Source of the DNA: Azolla caroliniana
Lineage: Eukaryota > Plantae > Polypodiophyta
Length of the DNA: 64,000 nucleotides
NCBI GenBank assembly: GCA_043228905.1
Contig: JBHGNT010000010.1
Span: 5,952,001-6,016,000 of the forward strand
Reading direction: 5' to 3'
This document shows positions 12,860 to 36,210 of the stretch, piece by piece. Within the stretch, counting starts at the first letter, position 1; the number at the start of each line of letters is the position of its first letter. A program made the position numbers and the translations under genes. The notes beneath the pieces were generated by a model, which was given only the letters and a program-made list of their open reading frames with translations, made no database searches and was not told the origin of the DNA.

Positions 12860-13315
12860 TGTTGAGAATCAAGCTCAACATAGTGCAACGTGTGAACACA
12901 CCTTTTGAGAATCCATGATTACTCAAAGGTCAAGAGACACACCACTACTCTCTACACATTAACTATGTGTCATAGAATCATATTCTATGACACATAACTA
13001 ATGAGTTACATATTCCCCATGACTATGAGTCCTCACATTCCCCAAGAGAGAGAGTGGTTGTTGTAAGTTAATGAAGAGAGAAGGTGAGTCTATATAAAGC
13101 ACCCTCCTCATACTTTATACCAAGTCGGTTGTGACTCCTTGTAATGCTACAATTTTGTATATCCATTCTACTTGTGAAATATACATCTTCTTCTTCTTGA
13201 GTATTCCTTTTTCTATCTATATCTTGTGTTCTCTTATCTCTCCTCTAATTCCTCTCACACATACACATAACACACATCTCTTCCGCTACACAAGAATCAT
13301 ACCCGATTCTTTACA
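12860..13315 (+). mobile_element. Solo LTR nested in the Copia 5' LTR
   Basis: TGTTGAGAATC...TTTACA flanked by a perfect 5-bp TSD TTACT; same family as 41293-41666. Confidence 0.85.
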
Positions 13316-13369
13316 TTACTCACCAAATCAGTTCTTCTCTTCTCATCTGGAGGGACCTGTTTCCCAACA

Positions 13370-13687
13370 TATTTTCCCTTGTCTTAAGTTCAAATTCTCC
13401 ATTTTCTTGTATCCGGTTTTCTCTATGTTGTTGCACGCCTTCGTTTCTACCCACATTCTCCCTACTTCCTCTCGCTTGCGTGCATAACCGAGTCTCTGAG
13501 CCCCCGTGCTCATCACCCAGGATGCGGAAACAAGTTCAGATTGGGTTATGCATGCCCCTCTTGTGCCCGGTAAGATATCCGGAAGGTCGATCCGGATAAT
13601 CATTTCACTCTCTTTTACCGGCTCCTTCGTCTAAGACCTCGGCGGTCCCACCCCGGATCCTACATGTACCCATGGAATACCGCGACA
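13370..13687 (+). mobile_element. 3' portion of TGTCG..CGACA family element E
   Basis: Ends GGTCCCACCCCGGATCCTAC...CCGCGACA followed by ACGT; 5' part interrupted by the Copia LTR. Confidence 0.7.
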
Positions 13688-13691
13688 ACGT

Positions 13692-14631
13692 TGTCGTGAA
13701 GATTCCAGGCCTTGGTGAGAAACCGGGGAATATCAGAAGAATCGGCGGAGTGCATCATGTGCACTTACCCTTGTAAAAACGTGTGAATAATAGGGGTGCC
13801 TTTATGGCGCCGAGTAGGAGTTAATTCGAGACAGAGGATCCCATGTAATAAGGGATTTATCCCACATTGTTATGCATCCCTCTCCTTGTTCTATAAAAGG
13901 AAGGGAGCGCCCTTTGTAAAGGGGTTGCCCATTTTGAGTTAGGAGGGTATACCACTTAGGTCTAGGGTTTGGTAGTTTTCGTGATCTTCATCTTATTCTT
14001 ATTCCCTTAGGGTTTGTACTGGTCTTGGCACCTTATTTCGTTTAGGGTTTCATCTTGGCAGCTTTCTTCTTTTCTTACTTTCTTGTTTTCGATTAGGGTT
14101 CTTCGACTTCTTCTTCTCCTTCGTGTTTGTTTAGGGTTTAGTCCGGTGAAGAGTGTATGTTCAATGGGGTTTGTTTTTGCTCGGTCTCCTGTGCAAGACC
14201 CCACTTGGCGCAACGAGCCCGAGAGCTCCCCGTTCGACGGCTTAGCAATAGGCGGCTGTTGTAACCTAACCTACCTTGGTCAGGCTCGAAGCCGGAGTTG
14301 TATCTTGCTCTTGTAATTATATATATATATAAGGCTTTGCATATTTGTGTTTCTGTTGGTGCCGGGTGCGTTTCATCCCCTTTGTTTTTTGTATACAAAG
14401 GCGTGAGTTAGGTCGGTGTTGTGTGCGTGTGTACGCCCTCTCTATCTATCCATCTCGCCCTCTTTTCTGTTCAGTAGCCTCCTGTACCCAAACTGGTAAC
14501 GATCCAATTTTGTGCTACTCTAGTGCGGCTGATCACAGAGGGTGACAGTCTTCCAGTACCCTCTACTCCTTAGTCCAAGACCCCCGTGGTCCCGCTTTGG
14601 ATCCTACACGTACTCGCGGAATATCGCGACA
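13692..14631 (+). mobile_element. TGTCG..CGACA family element C
   Basis: TGTCGTGAAGATT...ATCGCGACA with a perfect 4-bp TSD ACGT (13688-13691, 14632-14635); TATA-like CTATAAAAGG at ~13891. Confidence 0.88.
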
Positions 14632-14699
14632 ACGTATACCTAACTGTTGTATTTCCAAATAACCGACTATGTTTTTTGTGTGTCGCATAAGCTTCCACG

Positions 14700-17595
14700 C
14701 GTATTCATTTACACCGACTATACCACCAACATCAAGGAGATTTGTGATTCATTGGGCTCCATCAACGTGATAGTGGAGGAAGATGAAATGGTCCGGATCT
14801 ACTTGGGAGGTTTAGCACTAAAGTACGAGCCAAACAAAACGACCATCTGCACCAGAGAGAAGCCACCCTCCTTCGGCATGCAATCTATGTTATTGGTCAA
14901 AGAAAACTGAAAAGATAAATATGTGGAAGCTGAACAGATCGCAACCGGCTCAGCCAGATAGCAATAGAAACAACAGAGAATGGAATACATAGAGTAGGTG
15001 AGTTGAAACAGCTTGTTTTTGGCCTGCTGAAATTCAATGGCCAAAAAGGTAAAATCTGTGAAGCATGTCAGCTCGGAAAACGACATCGACTTCCTTTCCT
15101 CAATGAACGCAATTAGAGCAACAACAACCTCGATGTGATTCATTCAGATGTATGGGGACCTCCACATAATGTGAGCATGGGGGGAAGCCAGTACTTCGTC
15201 TCCTTCATCAATGATTTTTTGAGACATACACGAGTCTTCCTGATTGAGAAAAAGAGTGAAGTCTTCCCTTGCTTCTTAAAGTTGAAGAGCCTGATAGAAA
15301 GGGAGACAGATAGGAAGATCAAGTGCCTTTGGTCTTATGGCAGAATCAATACTTTTCCGGCCAATTTACCAAATACCTATAGAAGGAATGGATTTGAAGA
15401 GAATTTTCGTGCAAGTACACACAACAAAACGGTGTGGTAGAGATGAATAACCAAACCATTGTCAAAGCCACAGGGGCAATTCTCGAAGAGATATAACGAA
15501 ACACTAATGGGCTGAAGCGGTCAAGGCGGCGGTGTCGTGGAAATCCGTGGCTTATGGGTCAATTTGGTCTGGATTGCCGGGGACTTGGACTAGGGATTCG
15601 GTGGGGCGAAGTTCTTGTGTTTATGGGTTTGGCCCTTCGTCTTTCAGCCCGTGTTGTTTTCCAACTCAGCCGCATCGGCCTTCATCTCCTTGAACAAACC
15701 TAGGGTTTCTATTTGATTAACTCTGAGACCATTATGAAGATTAACCCGCAGTTAGGGATCAAGCACAAGATTAGACAAAACTCTTGGGAAAAGAATATAC
15801 ACGATTTATGATACAAGAAAATGTGTTTACAATGAACCGACTTAACACCATGATTCCAGTGTCTTTTACAAATAATAAGCTAAGGTACTACAAAGGCTAA
15901 ACGAGATACAATAAAGGGCTAAACGAGACCGATGAAGGCGAGTCGAGTGAGCCGCTGGGACCGCAACTCCCACCGTTGGTCAAGCCCCGAAGACGGTGGA
16001 GTGTTCCGTGTCACTCTGGTCTCCCTTCGACGACCAATTCCCGAGTTAGTCCACCTTTGTTGAAACCGACGCCGCACCAAACGCTCTCCGTCAAGGAGAG
16101 GATGCCTGAACCACCGAGAAGGCCGCCACCGGAATGCCAAAAGAGCCGCCATTGTAGAAACCCCAAACAAAACCAAACTCTCATTCGATGAAGAAGAAGA
16201 AAGTAACACCTGAAACCCTACCATGACCCCAACTCACACGAAATCGAAGAACCTCATGAACCCTAACCCACAAAGTGAAGAATACAAACCCCATCAAGAA
16301 CAAACCCTACTTCTTCCCACCAAGACAACGAGAAAGGAGAAACCTTAAAACCAAAATAGGGAGAAGAAGAAACCTAGAACAACTGAAACCCTAACCAAGA
16401 AGAGAGATAAGAACCGAGAGAAACCCTAAACCTCCACTCAAAGAAGAACACCCAAAACAAAGAAGAAGAAGAAGAAGCCTACCAAACCCTAGATCTAAGT
16501 GGTACACCCTCCTAACTCAAAATGGGCAAAACCCCTTAATAAGAGCCCCCTTACCTCCTTTTATAGTTCAAGGAGAGAGGGACATTACAATGTGTGAGGC
16601 CCTATATTCCTCCCCTTTCTTATTTCTATACACATTTTCTCATGTGCATGTGCAAGTCGTTGTACCCGATTTTCTCACCATTGTCAGAAATCTTCACAAG
16701 GGTATATTTGTTGAACCACACATCTAGAGATGGAGCACAAATAACTCCACAAGGGTGGAAGCCAATACGGCATCTCCTTCATCGATGATTTTTCGAGACA
16801 TGTGTGGTTCTTCGTGATTGAGAAAAAGAGCGAAGTCCTCCCTTTCTTCTTAAAGTTGAAGAGGTTGATAGAAAGGGAGACAAATAGGAAGATCAAGTGC
16901 CTTTGGCCTGATGGTAACTCCACAAGGGTGGAAGCCAATACGACGTCTCCTTCATCGATGATTTTTCGAGACATGTGTGGTTCTTTGTGATTGAGAAAAA
17001 GAGCGAAGTCTTCCCTTTCTTCTTAAAGTTGAAGAGCTTGATAGAAAGGGAGACAAATAGGAAGATCAAGTGCCTTCGGCCTGATGGTAGAATTAGTATT
17101 TTTCCGGCCAATTTACCAAATACCTATAGAAGGAAGGGATTCGAAGAGAATTTTCATGCAGGTACACACCACAACAAAATGGTTTGGTAGAGATGAAGAA
17201 TCGGACCATTGTTGAAGCCACGGGGGAAAAATGCTCGAAGAGATATACCGAAACAATATGGGGCTAAAGCATTTGGGACGGCGGTATATTTGTTGAACCG
17301 CACATCAAGAGATGGAGCACAAATAACTCCACAAGTAAGGTGCAAACCGGACATGGCACACATACGAATCTTCATCAGCATTGCTTATGTCCATGTGTCG
17401 AAAGAGAAAAGGAAGAAGCTAGACCTAAAGGCCAAAAGATGCATCCTTATCGGCTACTCACATGAGTAAAAGGGTTATAAGTGTTTTAACCCCCGAACCC
17501 AAGAGGTTTGAGTAAGCCGTGATGTCGTCTTTGACGAATCTACATCCTGGTACTCACCACCAATGTTATTAACTCCTGTAAATTCAGAGCCGAAT
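14700..17595 (+). mobile_element. Fragmented Ty1/Copia gag-integrase with internal duplications
   Basis: IKEICDSLGSINV (gag), IHSDVWGP and KKSEVF..F.KLK (integrase, three copies), KRKKLDLKAKRCILIGY. Confidence 0.85.
15533..16699 (-). mobile_element. TGTCG..CGACA family element D, inserted in the Copia integrase
   Basis: TGTCGTGG at 15533 and a degraded TCTTCACAA end; left flank GCGG. The uninterrupted paralogous site GCGGTATATTTG is at 17281. Reverse-complement homology to element C. Confidence 0.8.
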
Positions 17596-18095
17596 TGTTA
17601 TGTACACATGTGACATAAAATAGGTGAGGGTAGGTCACTAATATTTACATAAGTGAAGGGTATGTTCACTACTGTTAAAAAGGGACTAATGTGATTGGAT
17701 AGAAGGAATGATAGGTGCATGCACTATCATGATTTGGACAACCAATGAATGGAGAGTTTTTTAGAAAGGCACATCTATTTAAGGGGCCTAGGAAGAGAGA
17801 TAAATGTGAGGCTTAGCCACCCTCAGAAGCACATTACGTCGAAAGGTTGTTGTCTTAGACACTGGTGGTGCGGGCTAGGCTTTCGTCACAACGATCATGT
17901 TAATCTCTTCCAAGGTATTAGTCATCCTAATATCTGGGGGTATGGGACGTCGATGGTAGGTTGGCTATAGCCTATGTCTTTATCATAGCTCAGGGGTGGT
18001 CGGGTGGAACGGGTTCTTCTATCCAATATATTTACCTTATTTTACTTTATTTTGGTCTATTGATTAGTATAGACTCTTAACAATGGTATCAGAGC
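17596..18095 (+). mobile_element. LTR (17596-18082) plus tRNA-Met PBS of a truncated LTR retrotransposon
   Basis: TGTTATG...CTTAACA followed by A-TGGTATCAGAGC (18084-18095). Confidence 0.8.
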
Positions 18096-21000
18096 TTGTA
18101 CTAACACAAAAAAATTGTTGTTTTGATGTTTTTGTGCATGAGCGATGGGGATCTAACCATGCTCGTCATGCTTTTCTCAGGATCAAAACAACATTCTTAA
18201 CTCGATATTCTTCTTTCTCAATCTCTCTCTTATTTTCCATGATGTGTTCTTCTTAGTCTAGGAAATGTGTATTATGTTTTCTTTTCTTTTCTTTCTTGGT
18301 CTAGGCAACACACCAACATAGTTTATAACATGATTTTTTATTGATCTTCAATGCCAACCACTCATGAAAATCTCTAAGTCCAATTATCTCAATGAAATGT
18401 TGGTTGTTTCTTTCCTTCATTGTTTGAACATCCTCCATCGTTTTTTCCTTGATGAAGTACACCAATCGTTTTTCCTCCAAATAGAATGGCAACCTTCGTT
18501 CCCTTCCACCCCCTCAGAAATGTGGTGAAGAATATTTGTCATATACCCGGTGATATGAAAACTAACCTTCATATTAATAAGCATCAAGATGTAGCACAAT
18601 TCAAAAGCAATCCTAATCAATAGGGATGTTGATTTATTGTTTCCTCATTTGAGCAAATGCAAGCCCAACGCGTTTAATAGTTGGCAATTTAATTTCCTTA
18701 TGTACCATTATTGTATCCACACATAGAATCTAAATATCAAAACATATTCAAAATCTTAAGATAGCATATATGACAATTAGTGTGGGCAACTGTTAGAAGG
18801 TCTTATACAAATCTCATGAAACCATACCTAGATTGAATGTTTTGCTTGATTATAGTCATTCTACACAGGGTATGAACCAATTTTTCTACATGCACAATTA
18901 AAAGTTGCGCTTATGGCATAAAATGTTGATTTCTGGACACATAAATATAACCTATGCTTGCACACTTGTAGATTGTATCAGCAACCAAAGCATGTTGGGA
19001 ATCTAAGGATGTTAGATAGGCCACAAGTGCATATGGAGTTTTTTATATGTGATATGAGGCAACTCTATTCGTGAGACAATTATTTTAAACAATGAGCTAT
19101 GGAAGTACGGGATCATTAATAACTTTAATTGACCAAATTTATACATATTAAAGAAGAAATGGTGTCGTTCTTTTATAATTATTGAGAGAGAATCAGTTTC
19201 AAATAGCTCTAGTTACCATTGAGGGGATGAGATACCCTTACATTTAGGACCACTTGAATCTCTCATAATGACTCAAATATCTTTTAAAACTATGTTATAA
19301 TAAGTGAGCAAAGGTTCTCTGTCGAATCCCTTACCAAATTCAAAGGTTAGAAACCTCTAGAGCATGGAAAGGATCTCTATAGTCTATATAGAATAAGTTA
19401 ATTACATAATAAAGATTGAATATGTATTGCATTGACTTTTAAAGTAGTCGATTGATGGGGATCGTGGCTTAATCATATTCAAAGTTTGTGAGAAAACATA
19501 ATGTAAATATAAATTTCAACATTTTTAAAAGATACCAAGAAGAAGAGGTGAAGTATTTGGCTAGCATGTAATTTTGGGAAACATTGTTCCTACTTTTCAC
19601 ATAGGTTACTTTTATCAATTCTTCGAATGAATGATGTGATATACACACAACAATAGGTGTGTAATTAAATGCATTATATGCACCATATACATAAAAACAC
19701 ATATACACACACAACACAATAAACTCGTTACTAGAAGGTTGAAGAAAGTCTCACAGTACTTCTTTTGGGACGATAGTCATTGTTACACACGTGCACACAC
19801 ACAAATGAAAGGGTTGAATGATGAGAGGGAGATTTCAAGGAACTTCCTTGAAGAGTTTCACAAAAGCATTTATCTTTCCGATTGGAGGGCATCAGGTGTG
19901 TCAAGAGTCTACATACCAACTTCAAGTTGCAAAGCCGAAGTCCGATCTATGCCTACACCTAGCTTGAAAAACAAGAAACAAAATAAACATTATTTTGCAT
20001 GCATATACATGAATATTACATAAGTATGACAATAAGAATAATAATTAAAGATGTTGCATTCGTGCTAGATTAACTTTTGAAATAGACCGTTTTTGTGAAA
20101 TATTGGTCTAGGCTCGGTTTCCCGAACCGTAGGTTCGATGGTTACAAATACTTAAACATAGAAAAGAAAAACTATGTGGACAGACAAGAGGAGGCCCATG
20201 CTTTTCTTGCGCACACATTTTTCAACCCTTTCAAGCTTATGAAAAAGTAAAAGATACCATTATTTTCCAAATGATCTTTAACAATAAATGCTTAGGTCAA
20301 TGTTTCATTCCGATCTTCCATCGACGGATTCTCGTTCAATCTTCAAGTGACTCGTGTTCTTTTATGGCATCAATTTTGTATCTCATCATGCCTCCTTGTG
20401 CTTTTCTTTTGTGCTCAACTATGTCTTGCTAGTGTGTTTTTTATTGCATCAATTTCAATGTGTGTTTGTGTGTGAACATCCATCATGGTTTATGTCGATG
20501 CTCCATAGTCTTTACTTAACTATTTATGGTAGACCGGACTTCGAAGTTGGGATTTCACTAAGGAGCATAAAAAAAGACATAATATTTTAACTTTTGATAC
20601 ATATAAAATAGTCATTGAGATTTTGGACAATTCCATCATGGCTTTTGCAATTCTTATGCAAGGTTCATCAACTTTACTGTTTCTTGATTTTTTCTTCAAT
20701 ATACGAGAATACTAACAAAATCCAAGTTTAGATTGAGTGCGCACACAAACAAAAATCACGTGGTTCTTACGTTTTGAACAAATTGCATATTGTTTCATTG
20801 TGGCAATTGACTGCATGTTGTTTGTGTGTGGATGTATGAGTTTTTAATTTTAAACACATGGGTATTTGCTTACAATAAGTTACTAGTTTATGAGTATTGG
20901 TAATGAGTCTAGTACACATTATGCATGCATACGTACTTAATGATGGTCTTTATATCATTGTGCCGTTCACCAAATTCTATTCAGAGTGTCTAAACTTCAA

Positions 21001-21674
21001 TCAACCACATGTTGCATATCAACCTTGACAAGAGAATTCCAATGTAACTTTGTTTACTATCAATGTTTTATCAAATGTCATAGGTATACCCACTTTATCG
21101 ATAAAAATGGCAATGCCAAAGTTTCTATGGTTCCTTTTCAAGAGCAAATAGTGCGAATGATTTCAAACTAAAACTATATGAAGAGCTTTTGCAATGAATG
21201 CAACATCAACCACCCCTGATCGTAGTATCTCAAAACACAATATTAGAATCGTGTTTGGATATTAGCAAACCCCAAATTCATTAGGAATGCCTCTCAAAAT
21301 CTGTAGGAAATCATTTGTGTGGACATTTAAAGTCTCTTATATATACTCATAAATGTAATGTGTTTACACTTTGCATTAGCAAGCAATGTCTTGTGTTACC
21401 TTGTCTACATTTATTTTGACACGCCATGTCTCCCAAAGCATGAAATTTTGAGAGGATCCAAGTTCAAATATATCTACACGCAACTCACGCATTCGAGTGT
21501 TATTTTCATACAATTACTTTATATGTAGGTGTCACATAACATCCAAGTTAGGGATTCGAGGCTTTCACGAGATAACACACAATTATATTAGTAAATGGGT
21601 GTGAAAAACACTTTTCCCAATGAGTGTCACAATGGAATATGGTCAACCGCTAACTACATGGGCAAGGGAACAAG

Positions 21675-21875
21675 TGGAACATCTCTCTCTCTCTCTCTCT
21701 CTCAATGTTGTCATGTTCCCAACTTTCCATAGTTCTTTGGTTACTTGTTGGAGACAACATTCCCGAACCTCTCTCTCTCTCTTGATGTTGTCATGACTCA
21801 TGTTCCCAAAATTCCATATATCATTTGGTTACTTGTTGGAGACAACATTTCCAACTTTTCATACATCTTTGGTTA
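21675..21875. repeat. Short tandem duplication (~90 bp, CT-rich)
   Basis: (CT)n-ATGTTGTCATG...TTTGGTTACTTGTTGGAGACAACATT occurs twice. Confidence 0.6.
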
Positions 21876-22776
21876 TTTTTGGCCTCCAATAATTATGATG
21901 CTTCATGACTCTAATGGATATTATTAATATGACCCCTCAAAATCGCATAGGTCAATCATGTTCTCAACTTCCCATAGATCCTAGGTTGTTTCTTTTCTCT
22001 CATCGATGGGATGCTTACTCAATAATGTTAGTATCACCTCTCTCATGTTCTCTCCCAAAGGTCAATCATACATTCTCTTTCTCTCTCTCTCTCTCTCACC
22101 GCAAAACACTGTCTCAAATATATTGTGCACCCCTAGGTCCCATACATAAGAATATATTTCATATCTCCTAGGTCCCATCTGTTTTCCAAACTATTTGGTA
22201 TTTGAAGATTCTAATGTTTGTCTATTATACTCCCCTCCACCTCTCTACATTTTCATGCGGAGTGAGATTACCCAAAACCCTCCTTATATACGTAAGCATG
22301 TGTTAGGCATGGGATCGCATCGTGTAGGAAAGTGAAATGTATCAAGATTCAAACACAAGCCATTAGTCGGTTATATATTTCAAATACACATATCCCACTT
22401 TTGTGAAGTGTTAAAGTCAACCCCATGAACACCACGTTTGTGCCGTCCGTGACTGGCATGTAAATGTGAATCCAACCTTAGGGCCACACATACAAGCCCA
22501 ATATATGAAGGGACAAACTCCTTGAGCTGAGCAAGACTGAGCATCAAAGTATCTTGATACAAGCGAGAGCATGCAAATTGATAGGATTAGTAGGAGGGGT
22601 GGCCGACCCTTTTGAGGCTTTGAACTAAGGGTTCTACCCTTGCAATTAGCTTTCAAACGTTGAGATGTGATGAGATCGACAACTTGACTTGACTGAAGGA
22701 TGGAGAGAGGCTTGAGTTCATTGACGGGCGGACGAAAGGCTTGGCTTGATGGACGGACACAGACCAAAGGCTCGAT

Positions 22777-23472
22777 TAGCAATGAGCGCAGTTCGGTTTG
22801 GTTTCAAGGGAAAGAAACCGAACTGAAGCGAAACCGAACCATTTATTTAAAACAAAAACCAAACCAAACCGTTTATGAACTCTCAGTATTGAAACCAAAC
22901 CATTTAAGAAATAGTTGAAACCAAACCATTTAAGAAATAGTTGAAACCAAACCGTTTTATGGAAAAGTTGAAACCAAACCGAACCATTTAATAAAAAATT
23001 TAAACCTAACCAGTTAAATTAAACTAATTAAACATGTAAATAAACAAAAATACATTAAATTAAATAAGCATTTAAGTTAAATTTATTAAATCAATAAAAG
23101 AAACTTTAATCGAACCATTAAATTAAATAAACATTAAAGTTAAATTAATTAAATCAATTAAAAACCATTAATTTTTTGGGAAAAAATAAAAAATAAAAAA
23201 CCATTAAATCAATAAACTATTAAGGTAAAAGAAAAGTTAACCAAAAACCTATAAACCTGAGTTTTAGAACCGAAACCGAACCGTTTATCGAAAACCAAAC
23301 CAAACAAAACCATTAAAATTATATTTTTTGGGAACCAATAAACCGTTAAACCATTTGGATTAACGGTTCGGTTCGAGCCGAAACCGTGCCCATCGCTAGA
23401 TTTTTTGGGAACCAATAAACCATTTGGACTAACGGTTCGGTTCGGTTCGAGCCGAAACCGTGCCCATCGCTA
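22777..23472. mobile_element. hAT-type MITE upstream of GLT1, with a duplicated right end
   Basis: TIR TAGCAATGAGCGC / GTGCCCATCGCTA, subterminal AAACC/AACCG repeats, 8-bp TSD GGCTCGAT/GGCTCGAC. Confidence 0.85.
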
Positions 23473-23684
23473 GGCTCGACTTGACAGACTGGACTATGAA
23501 GAAGCCGGGGTGGGCGGGCAGGACAGAAGAACACAAGACAAGATTGATGGGGTCCAAAGGTCCGAGCCTCAGGTTCGGAAAGCAGGCATGGTGATTTTGG
23601 AGAAGAAAGGGGGGATGGGGGTCCGCAGATCCGAGCCTCAGGCTCGGAAAGCAGATAGGGATACAGGGTATATGGGTGCAGAGA

Positions 23685-23780
23685 AGGAGAGAGACAGAGA
23701 CAGAGATAGAGAGAGAGAGAGAGAGAGACAGAGTGGGTACCCACAGAGCACAGAGCAGAGAGAGAGAGAGAGAGAGAGAG

Positions 23781-23821
<41 letters not shown>

Positions 23822-23891
23822 AGGGGACAGAGTGGGTGCCCACAGAGGCACACAGCCTGGCTGCGGTTTGTCGTTGGCCGGTCAGAAGCCG

Positions 23892-23924
<33 letters not shown>

Positions 23925-23925
23925 G
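23685..23925. repeat. (GA)n microsatellite cluster in the GLT1 upstream region
   Basis: Several GA tracts separated by a repeated ACAGAGTGGGT(A/G)CCCACAGAG unit. Confidence 0.85.
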
Positions 23926-24379
23926 AAGGTTTCCCCGCAGCCCACAGGCGTCTGTCTTGCTTTGCATACATAATCTCTGCTTTCTTTATAGAGAGGTGAG
24001 TACAGAACAGAGCACTTCCATCCTCTCTCTCTCTCTGTCTCTCTCTATACATATCCTCAAAACCATAGCCGCACCATATCCATAAATTATGTTTATTTCC
24101 TCTGCATCGTTCATGTTAATGCAGCTGCTCCATCCAGCACCTTGAACCGATCCCCACCTCCCCTCCCCTCACCACTCTTCTTCTTTCTTTCTTTTTCTCG
24201 TTTTCTTTTGGGGGGTAAAAATAAAAGAGATTCTTCCTCTCTGCTGCATATTCTGCTCTGTAATTAACCTAAACCCTAAACCATAAAGCAAAATCCTGAA
24301 TCCTGAACCCTAATTCCCTCGGAGAGAGAGAGAGAGCTGATCAAATTGATTTGATTTGATTCTACAAATATATTTAACA

Positions 24380-36210
<11,831 letters not shown>

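Larger units (their letters stand above)
8829..13369 (-). mobile_element. Ty1/Copia element (Tnt1/Tork-like), 3'-truncated within RT; 5' LTR 12353-13369
   Basis: PBS TGGTATCAGAG (reverse at ~12339-12349); gag, zinc knuckle, protease WVVDSGASFH, GAG-pre-integrase LWHMGLCHMS, integrase DNGGEY, RT YKARIIVKGFQQKKGVDFNEIFSPV; LTR ends TGTTAGG / CCCAACA. Confidence 0.92.

Noticed and set aside
23346-24085. ER-rich and SL-rich ORFs of 100-200 aa
   Set aside because: Translations of (GA)n repeats and MITE sequence.
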